DNA from: Ruditapes philippinarum
Lineage: Eukaryota
Assembly (NCBI RefSeq): GCF_026571515.1
Contig: NW_026859154.1
Coordinates: 124,001-188,000 of the forward strand
DNA: 64,000 nt
Reading direction: 5' to 3'
The position numbers and the translations under genes were made by a program. Positions 38,686 through 50,959 of the stretch are shown here, in pieces (the first letter of the stretch is position 1; the number at the start of each line of letters is the position of its first letter). The notes under the pieces are model-generated. The model made no database searches, was not told the DNA's origin, and saw nothing but the letters and a program-made list of their open reading frames with translations.

Positions 38686-40551
38686 TATAAATCGTGAAAA
38701 TGCCTACTAAAGACCACGAGAAGGTGACTGCCTATGGTGTGAATGTAAGCGTAATTTGGAGCTGATTATTATTAGATTGGTTCTAATAGATCTTATCTGT
38801 AGATTGAATATTGATTGATAAACCCATTGTTAGTTATAACTTACGAACCCCTTTCATTTTAAAACCATCTGAGGTTTTCAGTGATGTCATTAAAAAAAGA
38901 TGATATTTATTTGCATTATAATGAAAAGACGTGTATCTTCGGGAATTTAAAAATAGGCCACTTTTTTATCTAAATGACTTTCTATGGTTACAATGTGTAC
39001 AATATAAAATGCTTTACCTTAAATACATAACCTATCTTCATATCCTTTATAAATTATAAAATGCTTATAATTCCAATGTAAAAAAAAACTATAATATGGT
39101 AATAAATATTGTCTCATTCGAAATTGTTTGTATAACCTTTACTCCGTGATGCGTTAAATTCACTATTCTGCATAAATGAATGGCCCATAACACCCGATAT
39201 TGCAAAATTTATATCTACTCCGTGTTAAAATGTATATATACAAAGAATGTCGGCTCGCCGATATTTAAACACGTCATTTTGATGTCTAAAAATATCTTAA
39301 TGGTTAATGGAAACAAGTAATTGACATAATTTTAAACTTTTTAAGTTTTCTTTTAACTAATTACACATGTATATATTACACTTACACTTTATTACTTACG
39401 GCACACTTCTTTTATCACGGTTATTATTTAAATCCACAATTTAGTACATAACACGATAAAATCTTAAGCGAGTTTATTTAAATTTGAATGAGAGCATATT
39501 TACATTGGATCGGTAAAATGAATTAATTTATGTACAGAGTTACGTGCTCCTTACCTCTCTAAATTGAAAAAAAAGAAAACTACAAATAATACAGGCGTTA
39601 ACAAGTCAATAATTACCTCACCTCTCTAACAAAAAATAGAAATTCTCCGAAATTATTAATGTTTGGGTTTCCCCCAGTTATCCCTTTAACAGTCAATACG
39701 TAGTAAAATATGTCAACACATTGATAAACCTGTTGTGAATGGTCGTGCACCTTATAGATTATTACTAAACGGCGTTTACAATGTTATGTCATATACATGT
39801 GTCATGGGGTAGTATAAAATATTAATCAATACTGTTTTTTGTTTTCAATCTTTAATCCTTAAACGCAAAATTGGGTCTCGCATTTAGTCAAACATATATC
39901 TCTTTTCACACCAAGGAGTCATTCAATAACTAATAGTTCGGTTATCCTATTATTATACTCCTATAGTAACATGTACTTACCGTTCACAAGTGTTAACACA
40001 AAGTGATATTTACGGGCTGTTCTCACTTTGTATAGACGTATTTTGTTAATGTATAATAAATCATCTATGATAATACTATATTGCCACCAATTATAACCAA
40101 ACGATCTAACTAATATTTGTGCGACGGGCCTGAGCTAGCCAATGACCGACAAAGCAGTCCTACGTCACATGTATGTTCTCAATATGGGCTTTGTAGATTG
40201 CAGCCAGAAATAGGAGAAGTATTGAGACTCAAAAAGCGGGCTTTGCTATATGTACAGTTATATTTCTTAATTTCCTTATTTTAGTCTTCGTCTCACGAGA
40301 TATGACCCAAAACGTGTTTAATTCGGCGTACAAACAATCAAACAAAAATCATGTTTCATGTTAGTTAAAAGGTACGATTAATATCAGATAACTATGTGTA
40401 CTCGAACTACTTGTTAATTCGTAAGTATACCTATTGAAGTTTCAGTTATCATACATGCTTCTGCAACTTTTATGTCAAATATGTTCTGCTGTTTCTAGTA
40501 ACGCGAGCGGTTTAAAACAGAACATGTGAGTTTGCTGCTGGTCAAAAAAAA

Positions 40552-40747
40552 AATCTGGAAACAAAGTGATCCCTCGGAAGCATTGATCACAACAAAATTA
40601 CATAAGACTTGCAGACTCGGTTTAATTGAGTCTGTACATGAGGGATAATGATTAAGTGCAACATCCCACACGCCCCCTTGCACCGGCTTGATCGGTACTC
40701 TATTCTCAGAGCGGTACTCAATTCTCAACACTTAATAGTGCTGGCAT
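40552..40747 (+). repeat. Dispersed partial copy (about 195 bp) of the 298-bp array unit
   Basis: Closely matches 13041-13230 and starts at the same CTGGAAAC end. Confidence 0.92.
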
Positions 40748-43700
40748 GGTTCGTAAAGCCTTTATAAAGCATACGATAGAAACATTTAAAGTCAACGCAG
40801 TTTGTAATTATTAATCGTAAATTAGTTTTAGTTGCGGGCCCTTTCTCTTTTGACCAGGTCAGTATGACATTTGACCTTACATCTTTAACCGACAATACTT
40901 GAACTACCTCGTTATTGGTCAGACAAACTTTTTCTAATGGTTACGGTACTTGACTTTTGGATTAAAGGGTTATTTAAGTGACAGATCTTGGAATTTCACT
41001 TATGTGGTCGGACGTCCGGCTGTTCTACAAATTGCAAGCAATTCTAGAAGACATTTTAGAACAAAGTATAATTACTTTCTAGCTTTATTACCTGATAAAT
41101 ATTTAGGAACTTTTAAAGCCGATTTACTAAAGTTAATATGTAACTGTTCATTTGAAATACATGTTCTGCCATTCTATTGGATGTAAATAATTTCAGACAC
41201 CAAGAGAGCATTAATTGCATAGAACATGTCGCTTCAATTTTATCAATTCTGACACAAAAATACTAACCATTATTGAAAAAATATAAATTATCAAAGTACT
41301 TGTAAGTACTGATGGAAAGCGGTTTTCAAATTGTGAAAACATAATCATAAATATTTTTACGTCGCACCATTTTAAAGGGGAAGTAGCTCCGAAAAACTTA
41401 CACAATATAGACTCTTGCCCTACAAATTGGCCTCACGGTAACTTTATAATGTTACGCCACTGTACTGAACAGGAAATATCACAGCTATAACGATTTTCAA
41501 AGTGTTTTCCCTATAACTTTCATGATTTATAGTACTTCTATAAACTGCTTTCGATAAATTAATAACTGTAATTGAGATAAAAAAAATACTTTAATAGCAT
41601 AGAACTATATTTTGACGTGTATGAATGGATTCATAATTGGCATATTGAACTGGAAACTACGGCATATGAAGGCAATATCTCCTTCAAAAAACAAAATTTT
41701 ATAGTAAACTTTACTTACATGATGTCACTGTCGAAAATCCTCATTTCCTTTATGTATATTTCACGTATGAACTTATTTTTAGGTTAAAGCCTTAGTTAAA
41801 TGAAACAAGGACATTATTTATTTCTTTACATCAATAAGTGGGATGGTTTAAAAATTTAAATATATACAACTCATAAAGTTTGAATGTTGAAAACAATATC
41901 AGTTTACTTATTACATACAAGAACAATAAAGAACGGTATAACTTCCTTATTTTAAAGAATACAATGAATAAATGGTGAAGTTAACATCCTAACCGCAAAT
42001 ACACAATGACTTGTAATAGAGTGTCCACTTAATACTTATAATTCTACTTCCTTTCTATCATAAAGATGTGTCCAAATAAAATCGAAACAAACAATTAAAT
42101 GTTGATTTAGTGAGGTTTCAACGGATAAATAAGGTTACCACGGATACAAAAGGGTTCTACGAATAAGTAAGGTGTGACTAGTTTTAGCATGCAATTTACG
42201 TTTGTATCATAGTTTAAAGACATTAATATTGAAAACATGTCAGAGTTAAATCGTAAACCAATACATGCTAGCGTTATCAAGAGTGCAGGTATTAGTTACA
42301 GCACTAAGTATCTGTATAGAGCATGCCCGCTGATTGGCTAATTTTTTCAGAGGTTTACTTATTTCGACGACATAGAAAAATGTAACGATAGAAACTTTAT
42401 ATTCAGATGCTCGTACATTGGTTACTTTTTTTCGGGGGTGACAGGGAACGTGTTTTTATTTTTGCCTATGATACAAAAGAGAAAGCGATATATAAAATAC
42501 GAGTACATGTACATGTATTTACCTACCGGCTCCTTTGGTAGAGCAAATATATACATATATACCACCTGTTATTGTTCAATTGTTCTCTCTATACAAAACA
42601 GATATTTACGGACCCTAATGCTCACCGACAAGAATAAGGTTTTCATACCTTTTTTTCTTACCTAGATAGTATAAGACATTTATTTCTCAAATATTAGGAA
42701 ATTTCACCATCTGATTTTTATTATTATTATTTTAGTGCCACACCCCGCTCTTTGCATGTTTACTCAAATTTCAATCTCCCTGGCATATTTAGAAGAATTA
42801 TGTTTGCATATAAAACATAATTTTTGTACAAATTATCTATGTCTTTGTTTTTAGTTTGGACCTGTACATTGTACAAAGTGACTGTAAGTGACAAGTATTC
42901 ATTACGTTTTTATATTTTCTTCATCTTAGATAAATGCATGCGCATAAAATGAACTCCCCTTTTCACAGGTTCAAAAATTACATATCTTTTCCAACAACTA
43001 AATCCAGTGTTTGTATGTAGGAAATCTAATCAAAGTTAAATAAGAAATATCTTTATATGTATATAAACAAGTTCTTAAAGTATAAAAGACCTTTACCATC
43101 TAGATTTTTTGCTATAACAGTTTGAGTTTGATACATACGGAATTTTGCATGGTCAGAGTTTCTAACTTGAATTATAATATCACTTATGTACATTTTTTAT
43201 GACAGCCATACTTTATCCTTGTATATCCGGAGCACAGCAAATATGATATTTTCTTGTGCAAACACACTTTAACCGTTTTAGCTTCACGGTGCACTAAGCC
43301 CGGGGTTCAGTGAAAGTAATCATCTCGTAAAAAGATTAAATTTGTATGAAAACATCCGTTACAATGCGGAAATATACCGTTAAATTAGGACTGCTACTTA
43401 TAGTCATGTTTGATGTACGGATGATCCGAAGGTGGAGCTTCTAATGCAAACAGAACTTGTACATCCCATTTCGACACAATGAGGTTACCTATTTTTATGC
43501 TAATAAAACTTATTTTGGTTGTCTGGACACCAAAATAAGACCTGGAGTCGATATAAAACCCAATTTATTAATGAAATGTCGCTATTTAGTTTTTTATGAA
43601 ATTTATTAAATGTAGCTTTAAGTATATTCTTTATATCGATCAGATATTAGTTTGTCGTAAATAATTCCGAAAAACAGATCTTTGAAGTATATATTTCGGC

Positions 43701-45093
43701 AAATGATGTAGGGTTTACCGAAGCTAACTTTTAAACAAGAGCCAAATTGTTGCTTATATTAACATCATGAATATCGTCGAATGCACACGAACTTCAAACG
43801 TCTAGAGAACATAGCCAGTACGGTATTATTTGCAGACATTAACTGGTCGGTTATAGTGATTTCAAGTATCGCTATTTACTAAAGACGGTGTAAATACTAT
43901 GCAAACCTATTCCACGTAAGGTGCGATTTTTATCCCTTATATTATGTTCTATTATGTAGCTGTATTTTGTATAAAAGTGTTCTGCGTTAATACGAACAGT
44001 ATTGGAATAAACGATTCTCGAATTCATATTTTGGCTTATGATTACTTAGAGAAATCGAACGTAAAAACAGTCTGATAGTTGAACATCACTACCCGTTGGA
44101 TAATCGTGACGTTTATAAAGTTTTACATAAACGGCTGCGGAATCCCACTTTTCTCGCTACTGCGTTCTAAATTTCGTTTTAAATATTTCTGTTATATGGG
44201 CGAATTAAAACTATTGTTTGCAATATAACCGTTTATATAGGGACATATAACCTGTCAAAACATTTTTGTAACTAATAATATACAATGGCGTATTATCTTC
44301 GAAAATTTTAAAGACAATAACAAACGTGCTTATGTCCCATAAAGTATATTATCCTTTGTAATATTCCATAATAAAATTCAATATGACGCTATCTATGTTA
44401 CTTCATTCTTTTTTTCGACAAATTACAAAATTTTCAAAATTCTTTGAATAAACACTACATGTGACATATGTATTTTAAGGAAATAAATGAAACAAAAACA
44501 CTCACAGTTCGTCAAAGTTTGTCTGCCAATGAAATCGCTCTATTTTGTTTACATTTTTTTCCGCAATATTGACCATACAGTGTTGTAACTCAACTGTATG
44601 TATAACATGTATATGTAAAACGAGTCGTTTAAAACTAATGTCTTAAAACTGTGTTTATAAACTACAACCTATACTTATTAACCGGATATGACATCATTAG
44701 CATGCTTTCACGGCCTGTTTAGTATAAGTTTAACAATTTAAATATATTTGTTTTACACTTATTTGAACCTGGTTATAAGATCATGATCTAGAGAGTTCGC
44801 CATTCAGTCAATAATTTAAAAAAAATCTCTAAACTGAATTAATGTGCATCTAACATGCTAAGTGTTAAAAGCACGTACGACGTCAGTAATGACGTTTTGA
44901 TGGCATATGTGATAATTTTTATTTTGTGATGGAAATACTGTCATGAGTATTGCTAGCAATATCAAGTTTGAGCTATTTAATCCACCAAAAGATGCTCGAA
45001 TCAGGAAATAGATATCAATTCTGAGTGCATTGTTGTAGAATAATGATCGTTGTAGAATAATTGCACAGTCAGTTCAAATCTACGCAATATAAT

Positions 45094-45227
45094 GAGCCCG
45101 TCACACAAAACAACATAACGGTTGCACCAAATCTGATCAACTGCGCTATAGTTTCTACTTGTAAGAAGTGGTACGAACACATGCTCCATGCTGGCGCAAA
45201 ACACTATTGGTTGTCGTGACGCGACTC
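45094..45227. mobile_element. Shortened copy of the same MITE nested in a foldback-element terminus
   Basis: GAGCCCGTCACACAAAACAACATA ... TATTGGTTGTCGTGACGCGACTC interrupts the palindrome at 45003-45272. Confidence 0.65.
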
Positions 45228-45999
45228 AAATATATGAATATAACCATGAAGGCCAATAGGCCTTAATGATTTAAGTGACATGTTTAAAAATTATGTACCA
45301 TAAATTAACAAAAAATATATATTTCGTCCAAGGCATTTACAAATAATTCATTTGATTGAAATCATAATTAAAATTACCAAAAAAAGGTAGTAGCAGCAAA
45401 TAGTGAAAAACAGAATCCCTAAAGAAAGCCCAACACGGCAAAATTGTAAAATGTTGCAGGCAACACATTTTTCTCCATGATTCATATAATGGTCTCATTG
45501 GCCTCCCATGCACTAAAATAATCTATACCTCAAAAGTGAGTTATGTATATATAAAGTATCATTCAGTGAATTATTGAATTCATAATCTGTAGGTCACCAT
45601 TTGACAAATTATTAACTTTTTACGGACATGAATCGAAATCTATTAGCTAACATTTTTTTATCTGAGTATTTTTCTCAAATTAATATGTAAAAACAAAAAA
45701 TATATATACCTCGGTAAATCGTTATTTAATTTAAGTAATATTAAAAACGAAAAGCTGACTGCTAAAACAAATTAATAAAGGGTCCGTTACCCTTAAAATT
45801 GTGATGATGTCTCCCCGCAGGAAACTATTTTTTACCAGATTCGAACCACATGGCCATTGTCATTGATTCACATGCTAACAAATCAACCTATCACGGATTT
45901 TAATCTTGCCCTTAAAGATTTTGTTTGGATTTATTTTATACAAAAGATTCGCCTTAAAATACGAAATATTTTCAAAACATAGCTCGATACAAAATACAA

Positions 46000-46640
46000 G
46001 CAGAATTTAGCCGGCTTCTAAACCAAAATACGTTCATTTCCTTGGCCTTAGAAGAATAAAATTTCAAAGTTTAATAGTTATTATGGTATTAGTCAGTTTT
46101 CAAATTGATTGTAATTTAGTCGGCAGGTCATATTGAGATGCTCGACCATCCTACATTAGTACTAAGATATCTTATATTGTTCAAGCGAAGAATTGACAAC
46201 AACCACACAATCGACCAAACTTGTTTAATCTAGATCTTCATCAATCCATGATGTTATCATAAATTATAAGTAACCAAGTAATAGATGCAAAAAGATTAGT
46301 GGTTAAAACTCTTAAACGGTTAGATCTTGGAAATAACAGTAAAGAATAGAAACAATTGAGGAAATTGAGGGTCACTAACAAGAAAAAGGCAAACCTATAT
46401 ACGTACTTTATTTAATTGAAAACAATGATAAATTTTGTAGTTTCTCTTCCTTATGACATGTTCATTGTTAATAAATTTTCCTCGACATTGTATTTTCAAA
46501 CGACATCCTCATTGATATTCAGAACGATGTCAAGAATAAGATGGTCAAGATTAAGTAATTGTTTTTCCAGTCTTGATAAGATTTTATTTATGAAGCGAAA
46601 CAATTATCTTAATTCGGAAGATAAACTGTTACTATTTTAA
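46000..46640 (+). pseudogene. Decayed leucine-rich-repeat (possibly Toll-like receptor ectodomain) gene fragment
   Basis: One frame reads PNLFNLDLHQS..*..KTLKRLDLGNNS..*KQLRKLRVTN..*..FVVSLPYDMF with interspersed stops; upstream is LLNQNTFISLALEE*NF. Confidence 0.45.
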
Positions 46641-48475
46641 CAAATCTGTTATCAGTGTATATCTGCCCCCTTCCCACCCACACAGTTTATGGTTCAACCA
46701 GAACAGAACAATTTCGTTGTATGCATAGTACAAAATATAGACATATACAAACAGAATAAATATACAAACAATGCTCAGTATAAATATTCACATACAAATT
46801 ATACATATGGCTACATATTAAATCGTTGTTGTGTTTTAACGAGTATCAAAGATTTTATGTAAACAATTTTACATTAAAAATCAAACGATTTGAACAACCA
46901 TTTTTAATGTGTGGCTTTAAACCTTGTCTTTATATTGTGCAAACCATTAAGGCCTGTATCAAGATATAAATAAATTTTATTGTCAAGTACGTATGAACAT
47001 GAATGTCACAGATTGAAATTATATGTTAATGGCAGTTGTTGCTTTCAAAGTTCCTGTTAAACAATTTTTTACGGTTTTTTTTTCTCACAAATATGATGCT
47101 TAAGTTAAGATTTATCAATATTGTAAGTTCCAATAAGCATTATTTATAAAGATATTACCGAATTTAACATTTCATGTAAATAAATGGAGGTAATTAGAAA
47201 TTTATTTTCTATAAATATAAGAAATAAATGCATATAATTTATTGATTACATATAATGTGCACAAAAATTTGCAGTACATATTTTACATATTCTTCGATGT
47301 TTGAAAATTGTTTTATTTGCAAAATTATATACATATATAATTTCTTGTAAGTGTGGTATACACACAGTAATAATATCAATCACAAAACATACAGGATCTT
47401 TAAAAACATCGTGCACGCGCGTTTTTAATCCGTTTCGTTTAGTTTTTATTGTGTATGTTTAACTTCGTGTATTGAATCGGCGAAACTCGTCAATTTCCGT
47501 CGCTGGTGTACTTTGTCGAGCTCAATCACGACAAAATCTTGAACACTGGTCGCTCGTTCTGTGTTGTACTTTTCAAATTGTTTTTATTCTTTTATATTAT
47601 AATTTTTTCTGTGTAAGAAAGATATTCAGTGTGTAAGAAAGATATTCTTTACTTCTGCGCACTGTTTGCTTTTTCTGACCCGCTCACTCTTTACAGTCCC
47701 CTCTTACGAGTCAGACGTTAAGTTAATTCATTTACTATTATTTAGATCTACGTTTATTTAATTTCAATTTATATTTTAATATTCCATAAGTAAATATCTT
47801 CATACAGACGCTGTGGTGAGAACTAATATTAAAATTAGGATATTGATTGTATTTCTTATTTACGTATTTTTGTATTTCTTATTTCATTTTATTTTGGGTT
47901 TTTATATGTAATGTATTGTATATGATGTATAATTAATTTATTATATTTTAAGATCATTTTTATTTGGATTAAAATATCGAACCTATGTCAAGAGTTTGTT
48001 TCTTTCCTGTAATATTTATTATTTAACCCGTAACCTGTTATTGTCAAGTACGTTTGAAAATGTCTTTAAAAATGAAGGGTGCTCTATGAAATATTCTTAG
48101 ATAAAATCACAATGAAGATTTGTCCAACAAAAAGTAAAATATGTGACGTTTAACGGGTGTATTTCTAAATTATTAAAATCTAAGTGTTAAGAAAAAAGAG
48201 GAAGTTTAAATATGTGAAGTTTAAGAATATATAAGTCAGTTTCAATTTCATTAGTATGAAATGAGATAATCATCATGCGGTTATCTATTTTACAGGAAAT
48301 AACAATGACTGTTATTTAACAGGAAGGTTTTAGGTTAATCATAAAACATAAGAAAATTCAATCAATGATTGTCTTAGTCCGGTAAAAATCTTGTCATAGT
48401 TCACACTAAGCTACTGTTTAAAGAGCATAATCTAATTCTTGATTTGGATAAATGACCGGTGAGTAGATTTTGTTT

Positions 48476-48694
48476 ATATACAGATTTTTTTAGTTCGATT
48501 GTGTAGGAAGCTATAAGCTTATAGACTATTTTTCAAATCCGTTCCTGGAACCAACCAGTCGTGAGCAATTAGTGTAAACTTTCTTGCTCAAGGAAACAAC
48601 AGCGACTTGCCCCTGACGGGGTTTGAACCTATGCGTGTAGCTATCATAAGATTACTAGTCCGCCGCGTTAACCACTCGGCCATGTCGCCACTTT
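48476..48694 (-). mobile_element. tRNA-derived SINE (CORE/Meta-type central domain)
   Basis: A box TGGCCGAGTGG, B box GGTTCAAACCC, central TTCCTTGAGCAAG..TGGTTGGTTCCAGGAACGG, A-rich tail. TSD AGTAGATTT[T/A]GTTT at 48462-48475 and 48695-48708. Confidence 0.8.
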
Positions 48695-50003
48695 AGTAGA
48701 TTTAGTTTGTCAGGATAGACTAGCATTTGTTAGTTCACATGTTGTTGTTGAACTTTGTTTTAATTACATCAAATAGGTTGTCTTTTTAACACTTCATGGA
48801 AAAAATATGTTGCCATTTATGCAAAAGTATGTTATGAAGGAGATTGAAAACACTACGACTAGAATTGCCGCTTCCACATTACATAAAACTATTCTCGTTT
48901 TATTAAATATCTGTTCATGTATTTAATTAATTTAATTAATTGTTAATTTTCCCCGTCGTGAACACCGTCAATTGATAATTTTAGCTTGCAAAGTTCAGGA
49001 TCGAACTCGTCCTTTCTAAATTTGCAGTAAGTGTTGCCGCACGCATTTGATATATTAATTAGGGTTTGTCAGGTGTTACATAATACTATAAGATAAGTTT
49101 TTCCTGACATACTCTCCAATCGAGAGAAAACGGACAAATCCATCCATTTTAAGTAACAGGGAGAATAGAATATCTACCTAGTTCTCTCCAGCACACCCCC
49201 CCCCAACATCGCTCGTACGGGTGAACAAAATTCATACAATTAGTCAGAAGCCAATTCATCAAAAATACCATATCTAATATGAAACAACAGTTCAACATGT
49301 TCCTTGTTAAAGGTGTGTTTTACAACGAACAAATAAAATCATATATCAGGATAGTGACCTATATTCAATGTAGTTAAGCGAGTGAAGGTATGTAAAATAC
49401 ATTTAGGAAGTGAAATTAACACTCATCAATGAAACGTATAAAATGTCACCGAGTTGTACCAAACTACTACCTTATATTTTGGATTTATAAAAATAAATCA
49501 AAGTAAGTGAAATTAATCATTTTGTTTTTGAAATGCAATTACTCAAAATGAAAACTTGACTCTTTACCCAAAATGAAAACTTGACTCTTTTTCCATGTGA
49601 ACATATGTTTAATCGGTATGGTTATAAATACAACCTCGGTTAAACATTTAAACTGTAATCAAATCTATATCGATCTTTATTTCTTACCTGTAACATAATG
49701 CGATCTTTATATCTTACCTGTCAGATGATTTATTATCATTTAAACACAGTTTATTTGTTAAGTGTCAATAATTTTTATATCAAACATGTTTGATGTTGTT
49801 TAATAAAAAAATACACAATATTCGGCATACTTAAATATATTTCCAAATTGTTATACCTGAATACATGTTAAAACACAGGCTAAATAAGAAATGTCCATGC
49901 ATTTGGCAAAGGGCTAGTTAAATCGTCGTAACATCTGACCACACTATTCAATAAAATGTTTGCCTTATTATTGCATAGTGATACCTTGTAATATAGAGTA
50001 AAC

Positions 50004-50015
50004 AGTTTCGTTTTC
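50004..50015 (+). promoter_or_regulatory. ISRE-like site upstream of gene B
   Basis: AGTTTCGTTTTC matches AGTTTCNNTTTC, about 950 bp upstream of the ATG. Confidence 0.38.
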
Positions 50016-50959
50016 AAAGTATACAAGTGGGGATGGGTAGAGGATAAAATAACAAAACATTTTATAACATTACAGCCGTTTCGTCCACTTGTTTTCGTAT
50101 GAAATATAATGGCATGTATTATTAACAAATCCAATAAAATGTTAATGACAAAAAAAAATGACCTAGCACTTATATAATATATACACAAAAGCAACATTTT
50201 GCAACCATTTAACATGGGATATGAGGAACAATTATATTCATAAGTGGATATAATTTGTCTATCCATTACATCTTATTAGACCGGAAATGGTGCTTAATTA
50301 CAATTAAGTATAAAGTATATATCCACTCATCGATCAAGGATGTTGTTATTACCCTACAGGGATGTTAATTAGTTCTTCAAACACAACTATTGACCTTTTA
50401 AAGCTTATTAACAAAGGATGAAATTTCAGAACAACACTAGATATTTTACGAACATATACACCATTTGTCTGTCATATTAATTATATCTCAACAGGAAGTA
50501 TGTTATAAGAGGACCGTTTATCATAAGGAAGAATAAAATAATTTTCTGCGACTAGGTGGTTTTTCAATTAAGTCATTCGCTTGCTACTGCATGCTCAGAA
50601 AAATCTTTTAAGCATTAGATACGTTATCTTTAACGGTAGGCAGTACGTTATTTTTTGTACTTGAACCGCTTTAATTTCATACCTGAAACATGATTCATAT
50701 AAAAATCAGATATTCTTATATCTGTGTGTTCGTATGCGAACCAAAAACTTAAATAAATATTGATCTTGTTTCAACAATATCAAAGATCTTCTCAACGTTA
50801 TTTACTAGAAATGAAGGTTATTTACTAGAAATGAAGAAGCAATATTTTGCTAGTAATATGCAATTTGTATTTTGTTACAAAAGTATTTGTTACAAAAACA
50901 GATAGCTTTTGTTTTCTGTTTTAGCTACTTAATGGTCTGAGCAAGAAATCTAGATAAAC

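Noticed and set aside
32548-50959. Shared bidirectional promoter like vertebrate PARP9/DTX3L
   Set aside because: ATGs are 18.4 kb apart with many transposons between; no support without TSS data.
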